Numbered from the stretch's first letter, positions 1 through 13,076 are shown. The stretch is DNA of 64,000 nt from Heptranchias perlo (GCF_035084215.1 NC_090365.1:2668001-2732000); one strand, 5' to 3'. A program made the numbers and translations. The notes: generated by a model not told the origin, from the sequence alone.

Positions 1-3000
1 CGTGTGTGCGCGTCTCTCTCTGCCTCGTGTGTGCGCGTCTCTCTCTGCCTCGTGTGTGCGCGTCTCTCTCTGCCTCGTGTGTGCGCGTCTCTCTCTGCCT
101 CGTGTGTGCGCGTCTCTCTCTGCCTCGTGTGTGCGCGTCTCTCTCTGCCTCGTGTGTGCGCGTCTCTCTCTGCCTCGTGTGTGCGCGTCTCTCTCTGCCT
201 CGTGTGTGCGCGTCTCTCTCTGCCTCGTGTGTGCGCGTCTCTCTCTCTGCCTCGTGTGTGCGCGTCTCTCTCTCTGCCTCGTGTGTGTGCGCGTCTCTCT
301 CTGCCTCGTGTGTGCGCGTCTCTCTCTGCCTGTGTGTGCGCGTCTCTCTCTGCCTGTGTGTGTGCGCGTCTCTCTCTGCCTTGTGTGTGTGCGCGTCTCT
401 CTCTCTGCCTTGTGTGTGTGCGCGTCTCTCTCTCTGCCTTGTGTGTGCGCGTCTCTCTCTCTGCCTTGTGTGTGTGCGCGTCTCTCTCTCTGCCTTGTGT
501 GTGTGCGCGTCTCTCTCTCTGCCTTGTGTGTGTGCGCGTCTCTCTCTCTGCCTTGTGTGTGTGCGCGTCTCTCTCTCTGCCTTGTGTGTGTGCGCGTCTC
601 TCTCTCTGCCTTGTGTGTGTGCGCGTCTCTCTCTCTGCCTTGTGTGTGTGCGCGTCTCTCTCTCTGCCTTGTGTGTGTGCGCGTCTCTCTCTCTGCCTTG
701 TGTGTGTGCGCGTCTCTCTCTCTGCCTTGTGTGTGTGCGCGTCTCTCTCTCTGCCTTGTGTGTGTGCGCGTCTCTCTCTCTGCCTTGTGTGTGTGCGCGT
801 CTCTCTCTCTGCCTTGTGTGTGTGCGCGTCTCTCTCTCTGCCTTGTGTGTGTGCGCGTCTCTCTCTCTGCCTTGTGTGTGTGCGCGTCTCTCTCTCTGCC
901 TTGTGTGTGTGCGCGTCTCTCTCTCTGCCTTGTGTGTGTGCGCGTCTCTCTCTCTGCCTTGTGTGTGTGCGCGTCTCTCTCTCTGCCTTGTGTGTGTGCG
1001 CGTCTCTCTCTCTGCCTTGTGTGTGTGCGCGTCTCTCTCTCTGCCTTGTGTGTGTGCGCGTCTCTCTCTCTGCCTTGTGTGTGTGCGCGTCTCTCTCTCT
1101 GCCTTGTGTGTGTGCGCGTCTCTCTCTCTGCCTTGTGTGTGTGCGCGTCTCTCTCTCTGCCTTGTGTGTGTGCGCGTCTCTCTCTCTGCCTTGTGTGTGT
1201 GCGCGTCTCTCTCTCTGCCTTGTGTGTGTGCGCGTCTCTCTCTCTGCCTTGTGTGTGTGCGCGTCTCTCTCTCTGCCTTGTGTGTGTGCGCGTCTCTCTC
1301 TCTGCCTTGTGTGTGTGCGCGTCTCTCTCTCTGCCTTGTGTGTGTGCGCGTCTCTCTCTCTGCCTTGTGTGTGTGCGCGTCTCTCTCTCTGCCTTGTGTG
1401 TGTGCGCGTCTCTCTCTCTGCCTTGTGTGTGTGCGCGTCTCTCTCTCTGCCTTGTGTGTGTGCGCGTCTCTCTCTCTGCCTTGTGTGTGTGCGCGTCTCT
1501 CTCTCTGCCTTGTGTGTGTGCGCGTCTCTCTCTCTGCCTTGTGTGTGTGCGCGTCTCTCTCTCTGCCTTGTGTGTGTGCGCGTCTCTCTCTCTGCCTTGT
1601 GTGTGTGCGCGTCTCTCTCTCTGCCTTGTGTGTGTGCGCGTCTCTCTCTCTGCCTTGTGTGTGTGCGCGTCTCTCTCTCTGCCTTGTGTGTGTGCGCGTC
1701 TCTCTCTCTGCCTTGTGTGTGTGCGCGTCTCTCTCTCTGCCTTGTGTGTGTGCGCGTCTCTCTCTCTGCCTTGTGTGTGTGCGCGTCTCTCTCTCTGCCT
1801 TGTGTGTGTGCGCGTCTCTCTCTCTGCCTTGTGTGTGTGCGCGTCTCTCTCTCTGCCTTGTGTGTGTGCGCGTCTCTCTCTCTGCCTTGTGTGTGTGCGC
1901 GTCTCTCTCTCTGCCTTGTGTGTGTGCGCGTCTCTCTCTCTGCCTTGTGTGTGTGCGCGTCTCTCTCTCTGCCTTGTGTGTGTGCGCGTCTCTCTCTCTG
2001 CCTTGTGTGTGTGCGCGTCTCTCTCTCTGCCTTGTGTGTGTGCGCGTCTCTCTCTCTGCCTTGTGTGTGTGCGCGTCTCTCTCTCTGCCTTGTGTGTGTG
2101 CGCGTCTCTCTCTCTGCCTTGTGTGTGTGCGCGTCTCTCTCTCTGCCTTGTGTGTGTGCGCGTCTCTCTCTCTGCCTTGTGTGTGTGCGCGTCTCTCTCT
2201 CTGCCTTGTGTGTGTGCGCGTCTCTCTCTCTGCCTTGTGTGTGTGCGCGTCTCTCTCTCTGCCTTGTGTGTGTGCGCGTCTCTCTCTCTGCCTTGTGTGT
2301 GTGCGCGTCTCTCTCTCTGCCTTGTGTGTGTGCGCGTCTCTCTCTCTGCCTTGTGTGTGTGCGCGTCTCTCTCTCTGCCTTGTGTGTGTGCGCGTCTCTC
2401 TCTCTGCCTTGTGTGTGTGCGCGTCTCTCTCTCTGCCTTGTGTGTGTGCGCGTCTCTCTCTCTGCCTTGTGTGTGTGCGCGTCTCTCTCTCTGCCTTGTG
2501 TGTGTGCGCGTCTCTCTCTCTGCCTTGTGTGTGTGCGCGTCTCTCTCTCTGCCTTGTGTGTGTGCGCGTCTCTCTCTCTGCCTTGTGTGTGTGCGCGTCT
2601 CTCTCTCTGCCTTGTGTGTGTGCGCGTCTCTCTCTCTGCCTTGTGTGTGTGCGCGTCTCTCTCTCTGCCTTGTGTGTGTGCGCGTCTCTCTCTCTGCCTT
2701 GTGTGTGTGCGCGTCTCTCTCTCTGCCTTGTGTGTGTGCGCGTCTCTCTCTCTGCCTTGTGTGTGTGCGCGTCTCTCTCTCTGCCTTGTGTGTGTGCGCG
2801 TCTCTCTCTCTGCCTTGTGTGTGTGCGCGTCTCTCTCTCTGCCTTGTGTGTGTGCGCGTCTCTCTCTCTGCCTTGTGTGTGTGCGCGTCTCTCTCTCTGC
2901 CTTGTGTGTGTGCGCGTCTCTCTCTCTGCCTTGTGTGTGTGCGCGTCTCTCTCTCTGCCTTGTGTGTGTGCGCGTCTCTCTCTCTGCCTTGTGTGTGTGC

Positions 3001-3922
3001 GCGTCTCTCTCTCTGCCTTGTGTGTGTGCGCGTCTCTCTCTCTGCCTTGTGTGTGTGCGCGTCTCTCTCTCTGCCTTGTGTGTGTGCGCGTCTCTCTCTC
3101 TGCCTTGTGTGTGTGCGCGTCTCTCTCTCTGCCTTGTGTGTGTGCGCGTCTCTCTCTCTGCCTTGTGTGTGTGCGCGTCTCTCTCTCTGCCTTGTGTGTG
3201 TGCGCGTCTCTCTCTCTGCCTTGTGTGTGTGCGCGTCTCTCTCTCTGCCTTGTGTGTGTGCGCGTCTCTCTCTCTGCCTTGTGTGTGTGCGCGTCTCTCT
3301 CTCTGCCTTGTGTGTGTGCGCGTCTCTCTCTCTGCCTTGTGTGTGTGCGCGTCTCTCTCTCTGCCTTGTGTGTGTGCGCGTCTCTCTCTCTGCCTTGTGT
3401 GTGTGCGCGTCTCTCTCTCTGCCTTGTGTGTGTGCGCGTCTCTCTCTCTGCCTTGTGTGTGTGCGCGTCTCTCTCTCTGCCTTGTGTGTGTGCGCGTCTC
3501 TCTCTCTGCCTTGTGTGTGTGCGCGTCTCTCTCTCTGCCTTGTGTGTGTGCGCGTCTCTCTCTCTGCCTTGTGTGTGTGCGCGTCTCTCTCTCTGCCTTG
3601 TGTGTGTGCGCGTCTCTCTCTCTGCCTTGTGTGTGTGCGCGTCTCTCTCTCTGCCTTGTGTGTGTGCGCGTCTCTCTCTCTGCCTTGTGTGTGTGCGCGT
3701 CTCTCTCTCTGCCTTGTGTGTGTGCGCGTCTCTCTCTCTGCCTTGTGTGTGTGCGCGTCTCTCTCTCTGCCTTGTGTGTGTGCGCGTCTCTCTCTCTGCC
3801 TTGTGTGTGTGCGCGTCTCTCTCTCTGCCTGTCTGTCTGTGTGCGCGTGTCTCTCTCTGCCTGTCTGTCTGTGTGCGCGTGTCTCTCTCTGCCTGTCTGT
3901 CTGTGTGCGCGTGTCTCTCTCT
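1..3922. repeat. Compound minisatellite, main unit 29 bp (TGTGTGTGTGCGCGTCTCTCTCTCTGCCT)
   Basis: About 115 near-identical 29-mers; 25-bp variants at the left edge and 32-bp variants at the right edge; runs off the window start. Confidence 0.98.
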
Positions 3923-4260
3923 CCCCCATGCTCTGGCCGGTTTGCAGCTGTTGAGGGGGATTGTGGGATTGTGAGTAATCCACAGAGACCCCTTTGTGTT
4001 AATGAAACATTTGGTGCCTCACTGGGTGGAGAGGCTCAGGCTGATAGCAGTGCAGAGATTAACCGCAGGCCTGTTCCAACTGCCTGGAGAATCACTGCCC
4101 CTCAAATCGAGCTCCAACCTCTTCACAGTCATTCAACTTCAAACAGTGATCAGCTCAGCCACTACTGATGCCAGGCTTCAAGCTGCAGCCCAGTAAATCA
4201 GGTCACTGCCTCTCACTCTCTCTGTCACTCAGTCTAACCGTGTGGTAAATTTAGGAATGA

Positions 4261-4672
4261 AACAACAACACCCTGCATTTATATAGCGCCTTTAACGTAG
4301 TAAAACGTCCCAAGGTGCTTCACAGGAGCGATTATCAAACAAAATTTGACACCGAGCCACGTAAGGAGATATTAGGACAGGTGAGCAAAAGCTTGGTCAA
4401 AGAGGTAGGTTTTAAGGAGCGTCTTAAAGGAGGAGAGAGAGGCGGAGAGGTTTAGGGAGGGAATTCCAGAGTTTAGGGCCGAGGCAGCTGAAGGCACGGC
4501 CGCCAATGGTGGAGCGATTAAAATCGTGGATGTGCGAGAGGCCAGAATTGGAGGAGCGCAGAGATCTCGGAGGGTCGTAGGGCTGGAGGAGGTCACAGAG
4601 AGATAGGGAGGGGGGAGCGAGGCCATGGAGGGATTTGAACACGAGGGTGAGAATTTTAAAATGGAGGCGTTC
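4261..4672 (-). mobile_element. L2 LINE 3' fragment
   Basis: ORF2 C-terminus FKSLHGLAP...GGRAFSCLGPKLWNSLP...LKTYLFDQAF and the GGCGCTATATAAATGCA tail. Confidence 0.85.
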
Positions 4673-5154
4673 GGGGACAGAAGTAGGTCAGCAGTGACGG
4701 GAATCCTGGACGATCCAGAGACATTTGGTTTATTGGAATCTTCTGTGCCTTTCAAACACTTGAAGTCCAGGCCCAAACGGTTAAAAGGTCAGCAAATCTC
4801 CCGAGACCTTTGTCGGTTCTGGCAGGGGGGGATATGGCAAAACACGGTGAAGTGGAGGTTGGGATGTGGGCTCATGACACACAATCATTGCTCCCTTCAG
4901 CGTTGGGGGGGCCCAGGTTGGGGGAGGGGTGCCTGATAGAATCCATTCCCAGCTCTGAAATCTCCTGGGACTGAACTGACAGTGCCCAGAATCGCCAAGG
5001 AAACAGTGATATCAGCTGGGACAGGAAGAAGTAAATTATGCAAAAGATTGACTGAATGTTGAAGGAAGATTGAGTTTATATCCTGGAGCACTTGCTAAAT
5101 GTCATGAGGGCCGGGCTGGACTTGGCCGTGAGGGATGATTTCCTCGAGCGTGCG

Positions 5155-5572
5155 TTCATATAGCGCCTTCAGCATAATAAAACATCCCAAGGTGCTTCAC
5201 AGCAGCGTTTTCAGAAAATAAATTGACTCCGAGCCACATAAGGAGATATTAGGACAGGTGACCAAAAGCTCGGTCAAAGAGGTAGGTTTTAAGGAGGGTC
5301 TTGAAGGAGGAGAGAGAGGCGGAGAGGTTTAGGGAGGGAATTCCAGAGCTTAGGGCCCAGGCAGCTGAAGGCGCGGCCGCCAATGGTGGAGCGATTTAAT
5401 AAATCAGGGATGCGCAGGAGGCAGGAATTGGAGGAGCGCAGAGATCTCGGGAGGGTTGCAGGGCTGGAGGGGGCGAGGGCCAGGGAGGGATTTGAAAACA
5501 AGGATGAGAATTTTAAAATCGAGGCGTTGCTGGACCGGGAGCCAATGGAGGCCAGCGAGCGCAGAGGGTGAT
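5155..5572 (-). mobile_element. L2 LINE 3' fragment
   Basis: LHWLPVQQRLDFKILILVFKSL...KLWNSLP; same family as 4261-4672. Confidence 0.85.
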
Positions 5573-6194
5573 TGAGTGAAGAGATTGAATCTGAGTTTTG
5601 AAACACCTTGTTCTCTGACTTCTCTTGGACCCAATGCAGAATTGCCTGAACGGTGTCTGAAACATGTTTGGTACTTGGGTAGTTGATAAACAAAAAGAGA
5701 ACAATGGACCAAAATGAGCTGCTATGTTTTTTTTTTCCACTTGTACTCTACATCTGGGTAACACTTTGACCGACCGTGTCGGTTGCCCTGGACAACCGAG
5801 CGGCTTTGTTGTTGTTCACTCCCAGGGTGTTGGGCGTTGGACGAAAGGTCGGGGTTTGTTGCTGAGCCCTCGTTGCCCTGAGGACGTGAAAAGTCAACCA
5901 CACAGTGTGGGACTGGACAGAGGTGTAGGCCCAGACCGGGTAGGAGTGGCAGGTTCCCCCTTCCCCGAAGGACACTGGTGAACCAGTTGGGTTTTTAACG
6001 GTCGTTTTATCTGGTGCCGATCCACAAAGTGCTAGGCCGCCCGATTCGACCATGTATTGTGGACCGGGATCCGATATTTAGTGAGTCGAAGGACGTTTAA
6101 ATTCTGTGTTCTGGAGCATTGTCATCTCGTGATGGTTTTGTAACATTCCGACCCGGGTGTGGTGATGGGAAATGGCGTGTTTAAAAGAAAAAGG

Positions 6195-6685
6195 GAAAGA
6201 CTTGCATTTATATAGCGCCTTTCACAGCCTCAGGACGTCCCGAAGCGCTTTACAGCCAACGAAGTAGTTCTTTTGAGGTGTACAAAACGCGGCAGCCGAT
6301 CTGCGCACAGCAAGATCCCACAACCAGCGAGGTGACTTCAGAGACTTGAGCACAGGATCTAAGCCGACACTCCCAGTGCCAGTACCGAGGGAGTGCTGCA
6401 CTGTCGGAGGTGCCGTCTTTCGGGTGAGATGTTAAACTGAGGCCCCCGCCCGCCCTCTCGGATAAAAGATCCCAAGTCATTATTTGAAGAAGAGCAGGGG
6501 AGTTCTCCCCGGGGTCCTGGTCAATATTTATTCACTAGAACAGATTATCTGATCATTCAGCTCATTACAGTAAGTGGGATCTTGCTGTACACAAATTGGC
6601 TGTCACGTTTCCTTATATCACAACAGTGACTGTGACGTACCTCGGGACATCCTGAGAATGTGGAAGGCACTATATCAATGTAAAT
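6195..6685. mobile_element. Two truncated Deu-domain SINE copies in opposite orientation
   Basis: Tail on - (about 6195-6325) abuts a 5'-truncated + copy containing the AAAGATCCC...GAAGAAGAGCAGGGGAGTTCTCCCC core. Confidence 0.7.
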
Positions 6686-7656
6686 ATCCTCATTTTGCTT
6701 CTCTCTCTCCTTTCCTCTCCCCTCTCGCGTGCTCTCTCTTTTTTTCTCTCTCTCTCCCCTCTCTTTTTTCCCCCCCTCGCCCTTGCATTTGGCCTCAGTA
6801 CTTGAGTGAGGGAGGGAGGGAGGGAGGGGGGGGGAAATCAGCCAGGGATCCCCCTCTGGATCCCTTATGTGTAAATAACACCCAGGGTGTAGAATCGAGC
6901 TCCTCTCCGATGACCCCCCAGGGTCCAGCAAAGCCCGTTGATCCTGTCCCGACTCGGCTGGTGAAGACTCAACATTTGGAGCTGAGGCACCAGAGGGGTC
7001 AGACCCGGGTGGAAAAAAAAAATCGGGACGAGTGGCCGGGAGTGGGGGGGTCAATATTTGATCGCTGATCAGCCAGTCGCTCCTCCGGCAGCGTCACGGC
7101 CCCCGATGTAAGTGGGATCCAGCTGAGCCGCAGATCCTGCCCTCTTGACATTTGAAACCTCGTTTGGCTCTGCTCCCAGGGAACTGCGATTATTAATAAT
7201 TATCATTTTATTTATTGTTTTTGAAATGTTTGCCGATAGAAAGCCCTGCTCCCCGGTTGCACTCCCAGAGGCTTAATGTCACTTTGGTAAAATAGTGTTC
7301 ATCTGTATCCCTAACAATTATCCTGCAAAAACAGCAATAATGCCGAATGTTGCACTTTTCCCTAATTAAGCCCCTGCGGTGAGCTTTCGGTCGGAGGCTG
7401 TCAGGGCGTCCTGTGAGAATGCGTGGAGGTAGTTTTAGGTTCATTGTTGGCCAGGATTTCTGGCAGGAGTTACAGTTTACTCGCTGAAGAGGGGAAACCC
7501 CATCACTTCCACATTCCCCACTTCCACATTCCCCTCCGACCCGCACACCGTCCCGACTTGGATATAGGAATAGGATCACAGGGACAGGAGGAGGCCGTTC
7601 GGCCCCTCGAGCCTGTCCCGCCATTCAATCGGATCATGGCTGATCTGTATTTTACC

Positions 7657-7875
7657 CACCTCTCCCTCTCCACCACCTCTCCCTCTCCACCACCTCTCCC
7701 TCTCCACCACCTCTCCCTCTCCACCACCTCTCCCTCTCCACCACCTCTCCCTCTCCACCACCTCTCCCTCTCCACCACCTCTCCCTCTCCACCACCTCTC
7801 CCTCTCCACCACCTCTCCCTCTCCACCACCTCTCCCTCTCCACCACCTCTCCCTCTCCACCACCTCTCCCTCTCC
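7657..7875. repeat. 17-bp minisatellite (CCCTCTCCACCACCTCT)n
   Basis: About 13 direct copies. Confidence 0.95.
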
Positions 7876-8312
7876 ATCCTTGTGCTGTCAGACTGTTTAT
7901 CTGACATCCAGTCTTGGATGAGCTGCAATTTCTTCCAGTTAAACGTGGGGTGAGTCCGATGCCGTCACTTTTGGCCCCAGTCACAGTCTCCGCACTCTTG
8001 TCACCGATTCCACTCCCCTCCCCAGCCACCGTCTCTGGTCGAACCAGACTGTTGGCAGTCTCGGCCCCAAGCCCAGCCCATAAACTCTCCATCAACAAGA
8101 ATGCCTACTTCCACCTCCAAAAAATCTCTCGTTCCTGTCCCTGCCTCAGCTCATCTGCTGGAACCCCACATCCATGTCTTTATCTCTTCCAGACTCGACT
8201 ATTCCAATGCTCTCCTGGCCGACCTCCCGTCTTCCACCCTCTAATCTTCAGCTCATCCAAAACTCTGATGCCTGTACTCCATCTCACACCAAGTCCCGCT
8301 CACTCATCAGCC
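7876..8312 (+). mobile_element. Degenerate L2 ORF2 fragment
   Basis: LSDCLSDIQSWMSCNFFQLN and AYFHL..I motifs typical of the L2 post-RT region. Confidence 0.7.
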
Positions 8313-8319
8313 CTGTCTG

Positions 8320-9376
8320 AGAATCATGGAATCGTACAGCACAGAATGAGGCCATTCGGCCCACCATGCCTGTGCCTGCTCTTTCTCCGTACCCCTGTAA
8401 TTTTTTCCCCTTCAAGTATTTAACCAATTCCCTTTTGAAAGTTATTATTGAATCTGCTTCCACCGCCCTTTCAGGCAGCGCATTCCAGATCAGAACAACT
8501 CGTTAAAAATTTTATTCCTCGTGTCACCTCTGGTTCTTTTGCCAATTACCTTAAATCTGTGTCCTCTGGTCACCGACCCTTCTGCCACTGGAAACAGTTT
8601 CTCCTTATTTACTCTATCAAAACCCTTCATGATTTTGAACACCTCGATTAAATCTCCCCTTAACCTTCTCTGCTCTAAGGAGAACAACCCCAGCTTCTCC
8701 AGTCTCTCCACATAACTGAAGTCCCTCATCCCTGGAACCACTCTGGTAAATCTCCTCTGCTCCCTCTCTAAGGCTTTGACATCCTTCCTAAAGTGCGGTG
8801 CCCAGAATTGGACTCAATACTCCAGCTGAGGCCTAACCAGTGATTTATAAAGGTTTAGCACAACTTCCTTGCTTTTGTACTCTGTGCCTCTATTTATAAA
8901 GACCAGGATCCCGTATGCTTTTTTAACAGCCTTCTTAACTTCTGCCACCTTCAAAGGCTTGTGCACATACACCCCCAGATCTATCTGTTCCTGCACCCTC
9001 TTTAAAATTGTACCGTTTAGTTTATATTGCCTCTCCTCATACTTCCTATCAAAATGCATCACTTTACACTTCCCTGTATTAAATTTCACCTGCCATGTGT
9101 CTGCCCATTTCACCAATCTATGTCCTCCTGATGTCTGTTACTATCCTCCACGTTGTTTACTACATTTCCAAACTTTGAAATTGTGCCCTTTATACTCGAG
9201 TCCAGGTTGTTAATATATAGCAGAAAGAGCAGTAGTCCTAATACCGACCCCGAGGGAATGCCTCCGTACTCTTCCCTCCAGAGTTAAAACCAACCGTTCA
9301 CCACTACTCTCTCTGCTTTCTGTCCCCGAGACAATTTTGTATCCACGCTGTCACTGCCCCCTTTAATCCCATGGGA
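8320..9376 (-). mobile_element. CR1 LINE 3' fragment
   Basis: KWADTWQVKFN..KCKVMH, LVRPQLEY and LFSLEQRRLRGDLIEVFK motifs. Confidence 0.9.
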
Positions 9377-10247
9377 TTGCAGACCTACACTGGTGTCGAG
9401 AGAGAGAGAGAGAGAGAGAAAATAAAAGAGAGAGAAAAAGAAAGTCGGATCCCAGCAGTGAGATGCAGCAGCCTGGACATTGTTGTTAGCTGTATCTGAA
9501 GCAGCTCCCTCTACCGTCCACGCGGGGGTCAGGCCCAGGGCTCGTGCCCTGCTGCAGACAGTGATTCAGTGAGGAATGCGGGACTGTTCTCCAATCACTC
9601 GAACAGACCCTGGAAACAGCGTGAAGGCCCAGCGTCCGGGCAGGGCAGAGGGCTGTCTGAAAACGGGGAGGGAGGAGAGAGGGGGGGGGTGACGGTGAGG
9701 CGTAGGTCCAGTGGCCCACCTCCAAATTTGTACGCTCACCAGCTGATCTGATTTCCCCCTCATTTTCGCCCCCCTCCCCCCACTGGTCTATCATCCCTGG
9801 GCCTCGAATGCAGTCACCAGTCCTGCATTGTACCTGCCAGTTGACTGTGTTTGACACACGCGGACGGTGTTTGGGGTGTTGGGGAGGGAGGACTGTACCA
9901 GTTTTGACAGGGGGCGAGGGAGAAGTGTACCAGTTTTGACTGGGTGGGGAGGATATCGTCACTGTTGTAATGTAGGGAAATGCGGCAGCCAATTTAATTT
10001 ATCTGATCTAAGTTTTCAGTTTACGAGAGACTCTTGCCTAAAGGTTCTGTAATTATCTCTTACGGTTGCAGTGTACGAGACCCTTGCAATGATGGGTTTT
10101 CTTAAGAATAGAAAGTTGGATTTGTGGCCGGGCCTATTAAGGAGGAGGTGTGAATTTGCCCCCTCTGATCAGAGACATGGCGATCTCCATGGCAACAGGC
10201 TCTACCCGCACCCACTAATGACAAGCCAGCCATGTGTTGAGAATACT

Positions 10248-12910
10248 TAGAGTCATAGAGTTATACAGCACGGATAGAGGCCCTTCGGCCCATCGTGTCC
10301 GCGCCGGCCATCAGCCCTGTCTACTCTAATCCCATATTCCAGCATTTGGTCCGTAGCCTTGTATGCTATGGCATTTCAAGTGCTCATCCAAATGCTTCTT
10401 GAATGTTGTGAGGGTTCCTGCCTCCACAACCCTCTCAGGCAGTGAGTTCCAGACTCCAACCACCCTCTGAGTGAAAAAGTTCTTTCTCAAATCCCCTCTA
10501 AACCTCCCGCCTTTTACCTTGAATCTATGTCCCCTTGTTATAGAACCCTCAACGAAGGGAAAAAGCTCCTTAGTATCCATCCTATCTGTGCCCCTCATAA
10601 TTTTGTACACCTCAATCATGTCCCCCCTCAGCCTCCTCTGCTCCAAGGAAAACAAACCCAATCTTCCCAGTCTCTCTTCATAGCTGAAGCGCTCCAGCCC
10701 TGGTAACATCCTGGTGAATCTCCTCTGCACCCTCTCCAAAGCGATCACATCCTTCCTGTAGTGTGGCGACCAGAACTGCACACAGTACTCCAGCTGTGGC
10801 CTAACCAGTGTTTTATACAGCTCCATCATAACCTCCTTGCTCTTATATTCTATGCCTCGGCTAATAAAGGCAAGTATCCCATATGCCTTCTTTACCACCT
10901 TATCTACCTGTTCCGCCGCCTTCAGGGATCTGTGAACTTGCACACCAAGATCCCTCTGACCCTCTGTCTTGCCTAGGGTCCTCCCATTCATTGTGTATTC
11001 CCTTGCCTTGTTAGTCCCTCCAAAGTGCATCACCTCGCATTTTTCCGGGTTAAATTCCATTTGCCACTGTTCCGCCCATCTGACCAACCCATCTATATCG
11101 TCCTGCAGACTGAGGCTATCCTCCTCGCTATTTACCACCCTACCAATCTTTGTATCATCAGCGAACTTACTGATCATACCTTTTACATTCATATCCAAGT
11201 CATTAATGTAGACCACAAACAGCAAGGGACCCAGCACCGATCCCTGTGGTACCCCACTGGCCACAGGCTTCCAGTCACAAAAACAACCTTCGACCATCAC
11301 CCTCTGCCTTCTGCCACTAAGCCAGTTTTGTATCCAAAGTGCCAAGGCACCCTGGATTCCATGGGCTCGTACCTTCTTGACCAGTCTCCTGTGCGGGACT
11401 TTATCGAAGGCCTTACTGAAATCCATGTATACCACATCCACTGCGTTACCCTCATCCACACGCCTAGTCACCCCCTCAAAAAATTCAATCAAATTAGTCA
11501 GACATGATCTTCCCTTGACAAAGCCATGTTGACTATCCCTGATTAATCCTTGCTTCTCCTAGTGGAGACTAATTTTGTCCTTCAGAATTTTTTCCAATAA
11601 TTTTCCTACCACTGATGTTAGGCTCACTGGCCTGTAGTTCCCCGGTTTTTCCCTACTCCCCTTCTTGAATAATGGTATTACATTAGCGGTTCTCCAGTCC
11701 TCTGGCACATCCCCTGTGGCCAGAGAGGTTCTGAATATATGTGTTAGAGCCCCCGCAATCTCCTCCTTTGCCTCACACGGTAGCCTGGGATACGTTTCGT
11801 CCGGGCCTGGGGATTTATCCATTTTTAGGCCTGCTAAAACCGCCAATACCTCCTCCCGCTCGATGTTAATATGTTCGAGTATATCACAGTCCCCCTGCCG
11901 TATTTCTATGTCTACATCGTCCTTCTCCATAGTGAAAACAGATGCAAAAAATTCATTTAGAACCCCTCCTACATCTGCCGGCTCCACACACAGATTGCCA
12001 TTTTTGTCCCTAATGGGCCCTATTTTTTCCCTAGTCATCCTCTTACCCTTAATATACTTATAAAACATCTTAGGATTTTCCTTTATTTTGCTCACCAGTG
12101 TTATTTCATGGCCCCTCCTTGATCTCCTAATTTCTTTTTTAAGTATCCCCCTGCACTTTTTGTACTCCTCTAGGGCTTCCTCCGTCTTTAGCCTTTTGTA
12201 TCTGCCAAAAGCCCTCCTTTTTTTCCTAATCCATTCTCGTATATCCCCTGACATCCAAGGTTCCCTGGAGTTCTTGGAACCACCCTTGACCTTTACGGGA
12301 ACATGTTGCCATTGTATGGTCTCAATCTCCCTTCTGAAAGACTCCCATTGCTCCGATGCGGATTTTCCTACAAGCAGCTGATCCCAGTCCATTTTGGCCA
12401 GATCCTGCCTTATCCTATTAAAATCGGCCTTCCCCCAATTTAGAACCTTTATTTCCGGCCCCTCCCTGTCCTTTTCCATGACCACCTTAAATCTCACCGA
12501 ATTATGGTCACTGTCACCAAAGTGCTCACCTACTAGCACTTCTTCCACTTGGCCGGCCACATTCCCTAGAATTAGGTCCAGTACCGCCCCCTCTCTTGTA
12601 GGACTTTCTACATGCTGGCTCAAAAAGCTCTCCTGGATGCACGTTAAGAATTTTGTACCCTCTAAGCCTTTTACACTCTGAGTATCCCAGTTAATATTGG
12701 GGAAGTTGAAATCCCCCACTATTATTACCCTATTATTTGCACAATTTTCTGAGATTTGCCTACATATCTGTTCCTCTATCTCCCCCTGACTGTTTGGGGG
12801 CCTATAGTACACTCCCATCAAAGTGCTTGCCCCCTTTTTGTTTTTAAGCTCCACCCATATGGCCTCATTAGAGGAACCTGCTAATATATCATCCCTCCTT
12901 ATGGCAGTAA
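10248..12910 (-). mobile_element. Young 5'-truncated CR1 LINE (partial APE endonuclease + RT ORF2, one premature stop)
   Basis: ORFs 11559-12854 (YYRPP, GDFN, LDL, SDHN) and 10326-11492 (DFSKAFD, GVPQGSVLGP, FADD) are in frame, separated by one TAG; 3' UTR ends in a CTCTATGA-type repeat. Confidence 0.97.
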
Positions 12911-13027
12911 CTTGTCGCCACTAGTGGTCAACTCAACGTTTCCTGATCCACCTGTTCCTAATTCTGGTCTCTTGAGTTGCATATTGTACCAAATATTCCA
13001 TCTTTTTTTTTTCTCTCTCTCTTTCAG

Positions 13028-13076
13028 CTTTACAGGGAAGTAAAAATTATGAAGTGTTTGAACCACCCGAATATTG
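13028..13076 (+). CDS. MARK4: MARK4 exon 4 (LYREVKIMKCLNHPNI)
   Basis: tttcag|...|gtgagt, 49 nt, kinase helix C region. Confidence 0.93.

Noticed and set aside
2..4168. Three ORFs longer than 1300 aa
   Set aside because: The satellite has no A on +, so no stop codons can occur; these are repeat translations.
3923..13027. Search for MARK4 exon 3 (VAIKIIDKTQLN) or earlier exons
   Set aside because: Not found by eye; presumed to lie upstream of the window.
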